Virus record (IMG/VR): IMGVR_UViG_3300043777_000086
Coordinates: 32,001-96,000 of that record
DNA: 64,000 nucleotides
Origin: a virus
Reading direction: 5' to 3' (one strand)
Positions 19,951-29,167 of this stretch are shown one piece after another (the stretch's first letter is position 1; each line of letters starts with the position of its first letter). The translations under genes were made by a program, and so were the position numbers. Below the pieces are notes generated by a model. The model was not told the origin of the DNA. It worked only from the letters and a program-made list of their open reading frames with translations, and ran no database searches.

Positions 19951-22700
19951 TTTCCGCTATTCGGGGCACCCGTGTAATGATCCGAGGTTCCCATCTCAAG
20001 CAGATGAAGCTCGGAGGTTCCGGGACCGTTTAGGAAGATTGCTCCAACGAGGCGCCCGGTGTCCTTCTCAACCATCATGGATGTTAACGCACCCTGCGCG
20101 GCCACGCTTGTGTAGACCACCGGCTCCCAGCGTTTGTAGATCAGGCTGTAGCGGAGTTGATTGATCAGATTCGACGTGTCCCGGTAGCTTAGGTACACGT
20201 AGTTATCGAATGATTGAATGAATATCTGATCCAGTTGAGTGAAGTCGATCGGATTGAGCCCCTCCGCCCCTATGCCTACGAAAATAAGGTCAAGATCCTC
20301 AGTGACCTTAACGCACCCGCCGCCGGCCCAGGCGTAGATGCCGTCGTAGGAAACGAACCAGATCTGATTGTTGACCTTGCACCACAGGTGCTTTCCGATC
20401 ATCCCGCGGTCTGCTGGCGTCTCGGTGATGTTCAGGAACTGACCGAGCCAGATCTGGAAGATGAAGATTGATTTCAGATTGAGCGAGACGTATCCGCCGC
20501 CGTAGTCCAACAGACCCATGATCGGGTTGTCGGGGCTACCGATGATCTGCTGGTGGGAATTCCCGGTCTCCAGATTTATGATCGGCCACTCTCCGGGATA
20601 TCCGGCCTTGGACCGGTAGCAGATATGCGGGTTGTTGACGTCACCGGCGAGTAGTAGGCTGTTTCCTGCCTGGCACACAATATCGCAAGGCTGCCCGATT
20701 CTTACGCCGCAGGTGAGGGTCTCGCCCACGAAGTGTTGATTCTGGAGCCACACCTGCACGAACCCAAGTCCGACCGAGAATACATTGGCGATCTCCTGAT
20801 TGGATCCGGATCCGATCGTAAGCTGGGATCCGACCGTGAAATATAGGTGTGCGGATCCACCGATGTCTACCGAGTAAAGATTCGGATACGGATTGGATCC
20901 TCCGACAGGAGTCGGGGCTATCCCTAGCGTGGTGTTTAATGGCGTCGGCAGAGAACTCGCTACGGGTGGGTAATTGTCCACCTCAAGCTCGTCGTTACCG
21001 GCAATTAGCAGATCCGGGAAATTATCCACAAAGGTGGCGGTGAGCGGGAACCCATTGGAGTCCACACCCGGATTAGTGGAATACCCCAGGAACCTGAAGA
21101 GTCCGTCTGCGAACGTGCCTCCAGCGCGATACACAGCGATCGACCCGAATCCCGTTAGCGCAGGATTCCCGGTGGCACTATTATCGAAACCGTAGACTGT
21201 TACCTGTACAGCCCTGAGCTGCACGGTCACCATGTTCTGGGTGGCCATGTATGGGCAGGGGTTACCCATCTCGCCGGTCACTGGATTGCGGAGGATGTAC
21301 ACGTATTGATACGGCAATGCCGCCGCATCGGTGACATTGTCAGGCCCCTGCGCGCCATGTGCGTAGATCGCTCCGACTTCTACTGAGAACGCCGGCGAAC
21401 CCGTCACGGTCGCCGAGAGCGCCCACACCTGCACCCCGGTAACCTGCTTCCAGGAAAACGGACCATTCCCGGCGTTGCCCACCGGCAGGAAGTCGCTCTT
21501 GGCGATGTCGAACTCCATCCATACCGGGGCGGCCTGCGGGGCGATCTGGATAGGCTCCAACTGAGATCCGAACTCGGACGGGAAGATAACGTTTCCGATT
21601 GATCCGGCGGTGATCGCCGCCGCCACGGCCGCCTGGATCTGGGCTGCCAGGGTGGCGTTGTTGACGTAGGTCTGCACCGAGGAGGGCGCCACAGCCTTCA
21701 GGTAGTAGTCTGTATGCGAGCCGTTCACCAAAACCTGGATGTTGAGCTGCGTGATGTATGCCGGGTTTGAAACCCAAAGTCCGATATGCACCAGGTCGTC
21801 GCTCGAGTAACCGTCGTCGGGGCTCCCGGTAAACGACCAATCGACGCTGTTGTCCCACTCTCCGTAGTAGTTACTTCCGTTGGCGGTGAGCGTCGGAGCG
21901 GATCCGCCGGTCGAGGTCAGGTTTACAAGTTGGTAATACGAAACGATGGATCCGGTTGGAATGACTGTAGAGTACACATTAAAGGTGGTGGCGGTGATCG
22001 TGTCAACGAGCCCAAGCACCCCGTTCATGTACAGGTACATGCCGCTCAGGATTCCGTTCATGGACGACGGCGTAACCTGAAAGTAGTCCTGGCTGATCTG
22101 TGTCGCGCTTGTGACGGTCGGAGATCCGCTGAGCCGGTTAGACCCTCCGATCTGCGTCGTGAGGATCACGTATCCGGGATTCCCTGGCAGGGCTGGGTTT
22201 GTTGGCGTAGCCGTCGCCGGGAATAGCGCGGCCGTGATTCCCCATGGATAGAGTTGGGTGAATGTTCCGTTATCCCACCGCATAGCAGTGGCCTGAGCAA
22301 AGAAGATGTACGGGGTGCCTGATGTCCCTGAGTTAAACGTAGCCGACTCCCAACGCGAGGTCGGTAGTGATGAAGGAGCTAGGAAGGTGGTGGCGTATGT
22401 GTTCACGGTTGTGAACGTCGTGTACGGCCCCGTGCAGCGCCTCATCAAGGAGCCATCCCCGCAGTAGCGTGGATCAGTGGCGTCGTTGCCAAGGGAGAGC
22501 TTGGCAAGCGAGTGGATCACACCCAGAGGCGTATTGGCCGTGAACATCTGGGATCCCCGGCGCGGCCCGATAGCCCCCTCTTGTAAGCTAGTCAGGTTTA
22601 TGGTCGAGGAAAAAGCGCCCTCGGGCAGCAGGGCCGGCTCTTGCTTGAGGTTGACCCCTTTGAAGATTAAGGGGAAAGCCTTGTTTTTGGTCTCGGCCAT
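18030..22700 (-). CDS. Tail nozzle / tubular protein B (P22 gp10-, T7 gp12-like), enlarged to 1556 aa
   Basis: N-terminal FKGVN...GAIGPRRGS, propeller motifs (RGMIGKH...IWFVSYDGIYAW.GG), C-terminal D.G.P..K platform domains. Confidence 0.8.
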   Translation of the reverse strand: MAETKNKAFPLIFKGVNLKQEPALLPEGAFSSTINLTSLQEGAIGPRRGSQMFTANTPLGVIHSLAKLSLGNDATDPRYCGDGSLMRRCTGPYTTFTTVNTYATTFLAPSSLPTSRWESATFNSGTSGTPYIFFAQATAMRWDNGTFTQLYPWGITAALFPATATPTNPALPGNPGYVILTTQIGGSNRLSGSPTVTSATQISQDYFQVTPSSMNGILSGMYLYMNGVLGLVDTITATTFNVYSTVIPTGSIVSYYQLVNLTSTGGSAPTLTANGSNYYGEWDNSVDWSFTGSPDDGYSSDDLVHIGLWVSNPAYITQLNIQVLVNGSHTDYYLKAVAPSSVQTYVNNATLAAQIQAAVAAAITAGSIGNVIFPSEFGSQLEPIQIAPQAAPVWMEFDIAKSDFLPVGNAGNGPFSWKQVTGVQVWALSATVTGSPAFSVEVGAIYAHGAQGPDNVTDAAALPYQYVYILRNPVTGEMGNPCPYMATQNMVTVQLRAVQVTVYGFDNSATGNPALTGFGSIAVYRAGGTFADGLFRFLGYSTNPGVDSNGFPLTATFVDNFPDLLIAGNDELEVDNYPPVASSLPTPLNTTLGIAPTPVGGSNPYPNLYSVDIGGSAHLYFTVGSQLTIGSGSNQEIANVFSVGLGFVQVWLQNQHFVGETLTCGVRIGQPCDIVCQAGNSLLLAGDVNNPHICYRSKAGYPGEWPIINLETGNSHQQIIGSPDNPIMGLLDYGGGYVSLNLKSIFIFQIWLGQFLNITETPADRGMIGKHLWCKVNNQIWFVSYDGIYAWAGGGCVKVTEDLDLIFVGIGAEGLNPIDFTQLDQIFIQSFDNYVYLSYRDTSNLINQLRYSLIYKRWEPVVYTSVAAQGALTSMMVEKDTGRLVGAIFLNGPGTSELHLLEMGTSDHYTGAPNSGNPIVWSGTTGIMAPEGRALNKQYVELLVELSNPHDTVTVGLFYDYSGTLDPVDQFTLTATTNRRFVPLQLGVSGGTVFGKEARVFAIQFTGSSIGIVQIFSVQMTYIPLAELQRGRITDWQDNGHPWDKRIYAITLDYNTYGQAIDLFLDIIGGVGGNTQTLAVQTLQISGADRSQQEFAIIDGIIAKKLRLRAQTTTTNFEIFGYQIKAENYPPDIVNFTEYDDSKSPFEKYFQQLVLDVNTNGIAIPVKIEVDGTIVQTVTVTATLNTRDVTITLNPDIMGRKARILLGTVPTNGMFQLWGASFVTMPADKAAVDHSFDYDDLGSPFDKRLITVSFEYDTGGTTTTMLMDTVTGVQGSTLNTAVQSFVLSGTGRCKQSFSITIDTIVKMVRIYPQSTTVSLRVWKYTFTKIDYPPDIVPATEWSDNGWKCEKVWRGIEVDIDTGGVACQLQLELDGSIVQTWTITTTDVDRVRILTCNSNLIGRLARMIPTPGSGGKAQIFKVTYDVWNEPCYRTILDLYENTLGYVGFKVIRQMWVEYLCAAAIVVSVYVAGDALFYQVELPAHADRDIERFFLPDQANGQYNKSKVYRIVVTSIDGVTPFKIYADSSRVESLPLSGQQRASYAEFKWSELTQPQVN

Positions 22701-22741
22701 TCCTTATAGTGTACCCCTCGGAATAAGGGACAATAATCCTA

Positions 22742-23446
22742 ATGTTTCCAGCCGCGCTAGCCTTTCTTGACGTCCACCACCCTACCCCCATAAAATACAC
22801 GTGGCTGGCGCTAATCGTAGCTGCGGCTGTATTGAAACTCCTGATTATAGGCATGCTCACGCTTCGCTCCACGAGATTCCCTGCCTTCAGGATTTTTCTG
22901 CTCATATCAGCCTGGGGCGGGCTAATACAGACGAGCAGACTGTGGAATCTTGAATGGGAGATCGCCCTGGCTGGAGCACTAGGACTCTTCGTACTCGAGA
23001 TTCTGTTCGTATCGGGATGGAGTGTGCGCGGACAATTCGTGCGCCGCTACGACAGGAACGTGTCGGCGTTCGCCGGTCTGATCCTATTCGCCGTGATGCT
23101 CATCGCGGCGCCGGCTCCGTATCCGGGGTATCCCCCGCCTCTATATTACACGCGACTCTATACCGCGATCATTGCGGAGGGGATGGTGATTGCGGCGGCG
23201 ATCTACTATTGGTTCGATCGGATCGGAAGGGAGGCGTGGGTCAAATGGCATAATGCCTGCGCCATTTTCTACATCGCCATCCCGCTGGCGGCAGCCGGAT
23301 ACCGCGGGTCGCATCGCTGGGAGGCGCGAATTGTCATCACCTCCCTGAATCTCGCCTGCCTTTCGGTGTGGCTGTGGCTCAGTCTTGCCCGCGAAGATCG
23401 CGTATGTCCCGATGTAGGTCCTGTATGTTCTGCCTCCATTCAATAA
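22742..23446 (+). CDS. Polytopic (~7 TM) membrane protein
   Basis: About seven hydrophobic segments, RFPAF motif after TM1; antisense to flanking genes. Confidence 0.7.
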   Translation: MFPAALAFLDVHHPTPIKYTWLALIVAAAVLKLLIIGMLTLRSTRFPAFRIFLLISAWGGLIQTSRLWNLEWEIALAGALGLFVLEILFVSGWSVRGQFVRRYDRNVSAFAGLILFAVMLIAAPAPYPGYPPPLYYTRLYTAIIAEGMVIAAAIYYWFDRIGREAWVKWHNACAIFYIAIPLAAAGYRGSHRWEARIVITSLNLACLSVWLWLSLAREDRVCPDVGPVCSASIQ

Positions 23447-23711
23447 CCAGGAGGGCATCCTTGGACTCTTTGTCGCGTCTCTCGCGATCCATATCATCCA
23501 GTCTTTGCAACACCGGCCTAAGTTCGCTGGCGATAGTCGCCCTGATCACAGCGTCCACTGTAACAGGCTTACCGTTACCGTTAGACTTGGCAAGTTTGGA
23601 CTTCATGCGTGCCAATAAACCACCCAGCACGCTGATGACCAATAGCAATGCGCCGATGACCCGCTCAAGTAAATTATTGGTATCGGCGCTGTTCTGGTTG
23701 GAGTCAAGCAT
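23379..23711 (-). CDS. Holin-like single-TM coiled-coil protein
   Basis: N-terminal TM, charged coiled-coil C-terminus. Confidence 0.55.
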   Translation of the reverse strand: MLDSNQNSADTNNLLERVIGALLLVISVLGGLLARMKSKLAKSNGNGKPVTVDAVIRATIASELRPVLQRLDDMDRERRDKESKDALLVIEWRQNIQDLHRDIRDLRGQD

Positions 23712-23712
23712 C

Positions 23713-23976
23713 TCAAGGCCATGGGGGTCCGGGCGGGTCGTACAGCACGTGCGCGGTGGCGACCTCGTACACCCATTCTCCCACGAGCACGTCCCCTTCT
23801 ATAACTTTTACTGCCTTGACGTTAAAAAATTTCCTGTCAGGGCTGTGCTCGAGCACGGCAATGATGATGGCCGTCCAAAGATTACCCTGATCGTCTTGAT
23901 AGGGCGCGAACTGATCCGGTTTAGGCGGTTCGCCCGTAACAGCAAGAGGTGGATTGGCAATGTAGTTTTGTGACAT
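23713..23976 (-). CDS. Hypothetical protein
   Basis: 87 aa, tightly packed in the operon. Confidence 0.55.
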   Translation of the reverse strand: MSQNYIANPPLAVTGEPPKPDQFAPYQDDQGNLWTAIIIAVLEHSPDRKFFNVKAVKVIEGDVLVGEWVYEVATAHVLYDPPGPPWP

Positions 23977-23978
23977 TT

Positions 23979-24320
23979 CTATTGTCCCTTTCTCAAGAAA
24001 TACAAAATTAACGCGCCTATCAGCATCTGAATAATAACCCCAGCCCCCAGTCCGATGTAGATGAACTTCCAGACGTTTTCCATTTGCTCGACAACGCGTT
24101 GATGTCGGCTATTGTATTCGTCCTTCGAGACCATTTCTTTCTGCATCTCGCGGTTCTCCGAACGCAGATTGTTCATGTCCCGAAGGCGTTCGTCCATGAG
24201 CTTTTGCAGCAGCGCCGTTTGTCCGTCGCGTAATTCAAAGACCTCCCTTAGGTGTTCAAAACGAAGCCTGATGATCTCGGTTAATTGCTCAACGTCATGA
24301 CTCCTTGTTCCCGAAGGCAT
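23979..24320 (-). CDS. XhlA-like coiled-coil plus C-terminal TM holin-like protein
   Basis: Coiled coil, VSKDEY motif, C-terminal TM ending in RKGQ. Confidence 0.65.
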   Translation of the reverse strand: MPSGTRSHDVEQLTEIIRLRFEHLREVFELRDGQTALLQKLMDERLRDMNNLRSENREMQKEMVSKDEYNSRHQRVVEQMENVWKFIYIGLGAGVIIQMLIGALILYFLRKGQ

Positions 24321-24326
24321 TGCTCT

Positions 24327-24770
24327 TCAGTGCTCAACGGAAACCACCAGATGCTCATCGATCGGCTTGCCAGCGGCATCGTCCTTTTCGGCTGGCACGA
24401 GCGTTACTTCTTTCGGTTTCTTTACGACATTTTGAAACATCCACTCCTGGCCAGCCCGCTGCGCAGCGAAACGAATGAAGCCGTCGTAAAGCGCATGCAG
24501 GGATGGGGTCGATCCCGTGAAGTGCCATCCGGTTGACGCGTCTCCGCTGGTTATGCTAATCGTGCCTTGTACGAACAGCGCCGTCCCGAGTGCGGCTCCG
24601 GTGGACACCCAACGCGTCACGCGATCGGAGTTCGCACTAAGCCACGGGAACCAGCGCGCACGCTTCAACCACTGAATCACGTAAACTGTGATCACTACCA
24701 AACCGGCTTGGTGCGCCATCGCGTCTAGCGCGCGCATCAGATCCGGGTTGGAGATATCTTCGGATTGCAT
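24327..24770 (-). CDS. Holin-like membrane protein
   Basis: VIQWLKRARWFPWL motif and 2-3 hydrophobic segments. Confidence 0.6.
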   Translation of the reverse strand: MQSEDISNPDLMRALDAMAHQAGLVVITVYVIQWLKRARWFPWLSANSDRVTRWVSTGAALGTALFVQGTISITSGDASTGWHFTGSTPSLHALYDGFIRFAAQRAGQEWMFQNVVKKPKEVTLVPAEKDDAAGKPIDEHLVVSVEH

Positions 24771-25051
24771 TACTTTACTGGCGGGATGGGGTCTACCTGT
24801 TCAACTTTTATGACCGGCTGCTGGGTGTTCGCTGCAATCACCTCCGGGCTCGATGGTTGAGGGATCTTTCCGCCCGACACCTGCGAATCCTTGGCATTCA
24901 CCCCGAAGCTCGCTAACCCACCCGCCATCGCGAACATAGCGATCGCCATAATCCAATTCGGAAACGTGATGAAGTGGAGCTGCTGAGCGAATAGAACAAA
25001 AGACGCGGCAGCCGATATGGATGCCGCTACTGTGGTTCTCCAGCTCTTCAT
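24770..25051 (-). CDS. Holin-like 2-TM protein
   Basis: MKSWRTT...two TMs...AKD; strong AAGGAGG RBS before ATG 25051 (alternative start 25084). Confidence 0.7.
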   Translation of the reverse strand: MKSWRTTVAASISAAASFVLFAQQLHFITFPNWIMAIAMFAMAGGLASFGVNAKDSQVSGGKIPQPSSPEVIAANTQQPVIKVEQVDPIPPVK

Positions 25052-25177
25052 AGAACCCTCCTTGATCCTTACCAGGATCTGCATTTGGCTAACGATAACA
25101 TAGCCCTACCGGGCTCGAATTAATGTGGACAAAAATATCCGAGGCGTGATATCCTAGCCCCCAGAAACCGCACAGAC

Positions 25178-26767
25178 ATGCCGATAAATCCCACCATAAT
25201 CTTCTGCACAACCTGCAAGGGACGCACGCAGCATTTAGCGCAGACGCTCCCTATGAATCTTCGCGACAACGCCAACTACCCGAACTGTAAATTCGTTGTG
25301 CTGGATTACGGAGACCCTGGTGAGTTGAAGGAATACCTGAGGGCGGTTCATCCTCCTGACATTGCCAGCGGCCGCCTTAGCGTTTATCGTTTTGAGACAG
25401 AGGAGCCCTTTCATGTCTCGCACGCCAAGAACATCGCGGCCCGTTGCGGTATTTTAGAGGGCGCTGACATCCTCGTCACGCTCGATGCCGACAACTTCAC
25501 CGGGCCAGGCTTCGCGCAATACATTGCGGATCACTTTCAAGTTTTAGACTACGCACCACCGGGGCAGTTTTTGGTCCCCAACCACCTCTACATCCAGAGC
25601 CTTCCGCACGGCCCCGGACGACCCTGCCGGGGTTTCGCCGGCCGCTTGGCGATCCGCGCACAGGACTTCATCAAGATGGGCGGGTACGACGAGACTTACA
25701 ACACCTGGCGCGGAGAGGACATCGACCTGATGTTTCGAATGATGCGTTCCGGCTACGCACTGCGGCATATCGACAACCGATTTCTGAATACGATCCCGCA
25801 CAACGCCGCGGTCCGATTCAAGGAGTACCCCGAGGCTCGGCAGTACGAGAATCCGGATGAGGTCAAGGTGATCCGCGCCCGTACGGAAACCGTCGTCAAC
25901 TATGGCAAGTTTGGTATGGGAACGGTTTACCGCAACTTCAGCTCCAGACCCATTGAACTTACTGCCGTTCCCACTAGGATCTTCGGAATCGGAATGCATA
26001 AAACCGGTACCACTAGCCTGAACGCGGCGTTTCAGATCCTCGGTTTAGATAGCCTCCATTGGGGAGCCGGTGAAGCGCCTCGGATCTGGCAGGAGATGAA
26101 CTCTGGAGAATTTTCTAAGACGCTCGAGCAATGGTACGCGCTTTCCGACCTTCCAATCCCTCTGCTTTACAAGAAGCTCGATCGCGCTTACCCTGGATCG
26201 AAGTTCATCCTCACGGTGCGCAACGAGGAGAAGTGGCTCCGGAGTGTCGAACGGCTATGGAGCCCGAGGTTCAACCCGACCAGGCACCTCTGGAACATCT
26301 GGCCGTTTAGCAACACCATCCATCGCGTGCTGTACGGACAGGATACGTTCGACGCAGATATATTTCTTGAAAGATACCGGCGGCACAATCGAGAGGTGAT
26401 AGAGTATTTCCGCCAGCGCCCGCAGGATCTACTCGTGCTAGATATGGACGCCGAGGCGAAGTGGGCGCCTCTTTGCATGTTCCTCGGATTGCGCTATCCG
26501 GCAGTCGAATTCCCTACGCAAAATCAGACTCAGGCGTTTGAGTCGCTAAAGGTATACTCTGCCCCCGAACCGTGCGATGACGTCGACAGCGATGAAGAGC
26601 TTCTCGCAAGAAGCCTTCGTGAGTACTGGAGGACCGCACCCCCAAGTGGACAGCCGACACCAACTCAGCCGATGACCACGCATCATAAAAGAAGAATGCG
26701 CCGGATCCGGCGTAGGAGAGAGGTGGAGGCTAATACCCCGATCAAGGGACCGGAGGAAATAGCGTGA
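25178..26767 (+). CDS. Glycosyltransferase (GT-A, GT2/GT7-like) fused to a sulfotransferase domain
   Basis: VVLDYG, HAKNIAA, LDAD (DxD), MGGYDE...WRGEDID; then IFGIGMHKTGTTSL (PAPS loop), YPGSKFILTVR..EKWLRS, WAPLC.FLG. Confidence 0.9.
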   Translation: MPINPTIIFCTTCKGRTQHLAQTLPMNLRDNANYPNCKFVVLDYGDPGELKEYLRAVHPPDIASGRLSVYRFETEEPFHVSHAKNIAARCGILEGADILVTLDADNFTGPGFAQYIADHFQVLDYAPPGQFLVPNHLYIQSLPHGPGRPCRGFAGRLAIRAQDFIKMGGYDETYNTWRGEDIDLMFRMMRSGYALRHIDNRFLNTIPHNAAVRFKEYPEARQYENPDEVKVIRARTETVVNYGKFGMGTVYRNFSSRPIELTAVPTRIFGIGMHKTGTTSLNAAFQILGLDSLHWGAGEAPRIWQEMNSGEFSKTLEQWYALSDLPIPLLYKKLDRAYPGSKFILTVRNEEKWLRSVERLWSPRFNPTRHLWNIWPFSNTIHRVLYGQDTFDADIFLERYRRHNREVIEYFRQRPQDLLVLDMDAEAKWAPLCMFLGLRYPAVEFPTQNQTQAFESLKVYSAPEPCDDVDSDEELLARSLREYWRTAPPSGQPTPTQPMTTHHKRRMRRIRRRREVEANTPIKGPEEIA

Positions 26768-27279
26768 CGGTTTTGATGACAGGTCTACCGTGCTCTGGAA
26801 AGACGACGCTCTCCTTAGCGCTCTGTAATCTTCTACGCAACTCCGGACGCCGCGCCGAGATCCTCGACGGTGACGTGGTGCGCTTCGAGCTATGGAAGGA
26901 GCTTGGGTTCAGCCAGTCTGATCGCGAGGAAAACGTTCGCCGCCTTGGTTATCTTGCGCGTATGCTCTCCCGGAACGGCGCTATTGCCATCATAGCGGCG
27001 GTGTCCCCCTACCGCGCCTCCCGCGACCATATCCGCAAAATATCCGACAACGGATTTATGGAGGTATACGTTAAGGCGCCTCTTTCTGTTTGCGAGACCC
27101 GCGACGTAAAGGGAATGTATGCCCAGGCGCGCGCCGGTAAGCGACCACACTTCACCGGCATCGACGACCCCTATGAGGCGCCGGTCAATCCCGAGGTAGA
27201 ATGCCTAACAGATGAAGAGAGCGTCGCGGAGATCGTCGCCAAGATCGTGATCGAGCTTAAAAAGCAAGGAGCCCTCTAA
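26764..27279 (+). CDS. cysC: Adenylyl-sulfate (APS) kinase
   Basis: MTGLPCSGKTT, LDGDVVR, LGFS..DREENVRR, VSPY, CETRDVKGMY..AR.G...FTGIDDPYEAP. Confidence 0.96.
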   Translation: MTVLMTGLPCSGKTTLSLALCNLLRNSGRRAEILDGDVVRFELWKELGFSQSDREENVRRLGYLARMLSRNGAIAIIAAVSPYRASRDHIRKISDNGFMEVYVKAPLSVCETRDVKGMYAQARAGKRPHFTGIDDPYEAPVNPEVECLTDEESVAEIVAKIVIELKKQGAL

Positions 27280-28106
27280 TGAACTACCGCCTCGGAAAGC
27301 GCCCGCCGGTTGTCGACGCGCGCACACTTAAATTCAGGAAGTACACTACTACTTTACCGCCAGTTCCGCTATTAGTTGATTTCATGTCCAAGGTCCCGAG
27401 TTTCCCGATGTATCTCAATGATGTTGAGGGCGACTGTGTATGCGCCGCCGCGGGCCACATGATTCAGAACTGGACGCAGTATTCCGGCAAGTACTTCCAG
27501 CCAACCGACGCTGACATTCAGACGTTCTACGAGTTCAGCGGATTCGATCCCGGCAATCCGTCGACCGATCAGGGATGGGAACTCCTGCCTGCATTGAAGG
27601 TGTGGCGCAACAAAGGCATCGGCGGTCATAAGATCGTCGCCTTTGCGCAACTCACCACCGGAGACTTCGGGGAACTCCTGGATGCGATCCGGATCTTTGG
27701 AAATGCCTACCTGGGGTTCAGCCTTCCGGATTACGTAGTGCCCAACTCCGGACCGGACTGGACAACCATCCGGTGGCTGTACGAAGAAGGCAACCCTCCC
27801 GATCCAAATAACGGCCACTGTGTGCCGGCTATGAAATTTTCCCTTAAAACCGCATACGGTCATCGCGTGTGGTTCGTTTCCTGGGCGGCAAGGATGGTGA
27901 TGAACCCCCCGTTCTACCAAGCCTATAGCGATGAAGCCTGGGTGGCGATCACGCAGGACTGGATAGATGCGGATGCTAAGTCTCCGAGCGGGTTCAATAT
28001 GGCAGCGCTTACCGCCGACCTGGCATTAATTACCGGGAAACCGCAGGCGGCGACCGCGATCCAACCCAAGAGTGCTGATAGAAAGAAATGGTGGAGCCGG
28101 CTATGA
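27279..28106 (+). CDS. Papain-like cysteine peptidase
   Basis: MYLND..GDCVCAA (Cys), NGHCV (His), VSWA; TAATG-coupled to cysC. Confidence 0.75.
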   Translation: MNYRLGKRPPVVDARTLKFRKYTTTLPPVPLLVDFMSKVPSFPMYLNDVEGDCVCAAAGHMIQNWTQYSGKYFQPTDADIQTFYEFSGFDPGNPSTDQGWELLPALKVWRNKGIGGHKIVAFAQLTTGDFGELLDAIRIFGNAYLGFSLPDYVVPNSGPDWTTIRWLYEEGNPPDPNNGHCVPAMKFSLKTAYGHRVWFVSWAARMVMNPPFYQAYSDEAWVAITQDWIDADAKSPSGFNMAALTADLALITGKPQAATAIQPKSADRKKWWSRL

Positions 28107-28471
28107 CACCCTCTCAATTCAGAACCGATCGCAACAATAACCCCACGGCCATGATCGTGCAGTTGGCCCAGGAAGGCGGGCTCGTTGAAGGTACCGACTA
28201 CACCCAGGGGGACGCTTTCGAATCCGGAGGTAGGACCTACTACACCGCCAAGCTCCTTGGGGATCCGGTAGCCCTCACAATCAAAGTGATCGACGAAGTG
28301 GGATTCTACTCTGAACCGCCGCATGCCCGCTGGAACTACATCGCTATACCGCACGCCCTGTGGATGAGCCTGAATACAATCCAGAAGTCTTACGTGATCG
28401 GCTGGATGTATTCACAGGAGGGTGGAGTGGCGATGAGGAATCTATTTCCGGTTGCGCCTTATAGCGCGTAA
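28103..28471 (+). CDS. Small RNNNP-motif protein, lysozyme-like/endolysin candidate
   Basis: RTDRNNNP...F...MYSQEG resembles phage RNNNPGN-type proteins; ATGA overlap. Confidence 0.5.
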   Translation: MTPSQFRTDRNNNPTAMIVQLAQEGGLVEGTDYTQGDAFESGGRTYYTAKLLGDPVALTIKVIDEVGFYSEPPHARWNYIAIPHALWMSLNTIQKSYVIGWMYSQEGGVAMRNLFPVAPYSA

Positions 28472-28492
28472 CGCGGATACGGCGGATTTGGA

Positions 28493-29167
28493 TCACGGAG
28501 CCACCGCGTTAATCGCCTGAGCGTACAGCGCAGAAGAATGCCAGGCGATCGGGTCGATGTCCTTCAGGTCCAAGAATCCGTCCGGTGCCTTAGTCACGTG
28601 CGTGAGCGGGATGTTCTTGTACGCGAATGCAGGCGGCAAAGGTAGGGGCAGCATAGGGACTGGGTCGCCATAGAAGCCTGCCGCGTTCCTGTAATTGCGC
28701 CATTCCACTTTGGACAGGAAGTCGAGGAATGCTTGGAATCCCGGAGCTGGGCCTGCCATTCCGATTATGCGAAGCATCGAAGGATCGGGTTGGTACTGAT
28801 CTAGGAAGATCGCGCCGGCTTCCGCCGCGCGTTGGCTTCCTAGGCTGTGTCCCGTTAAGGTGGTCTTCAATCCCAAGTTCAAGAGGGGGACGATCCGCGC
28901 CATCGTCTCGGGCATCCCACAGAATGATCCAGAGTGGACAGGTCCGAATCTGGCGTGCTGGTAAGGCTGTGGGTAGGCCATAAGATCCTGCAACCAATTC
29001 TGAAGCTCAGAGGGAAGCGTGCCGCGAAATACTACTACGTTCTCATCTGGGGTCAACAATACCGCACAGCATATGGAGAAGCCCTCCTCTGGGTAGTATT
29101 TGGTGAACCCCGCCGCGCCAGAGTAGATTGCGTGGCTAAGTTGCGCGGCCTGTGCGTCTGATATCAT
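28493..29167 (-). CDS. Class 3 lipase-like alpha/beta hydrolase
   Basis: VVFRGT, VHSG, TGHSLG nucleophile, DPVP, terminal His; start ATG 29167. Confidence 0.9.
   Translation of the reverse strand: MISDAQAAQLSHAIYSGAAGFTKYYPEEGFSICCAVLLTPDENVVVFRGTLPSELQNWLQDLMAYPQPYQHARFGPVHSGSFCGMPETMARIVPLLNLGLKTTLTGHSLGSQRAAEAGAIFLDQYQPDPSMLRIIGMAGPAPGFQAFLDFLSKVEWRNYRNAAGFYGDPVPMLPLPLPPAFAYKNIPLTHVTKAPDGFLDLKDIDPIAWHSSALYAQAINAVAP

Noticed and set aside
24770-25084. Holin/antiholin dual start (25084 vs 25051)
   Set aside because: Only 25051 has an SD; the 11-aa extension does not match a known dual-start pattern.
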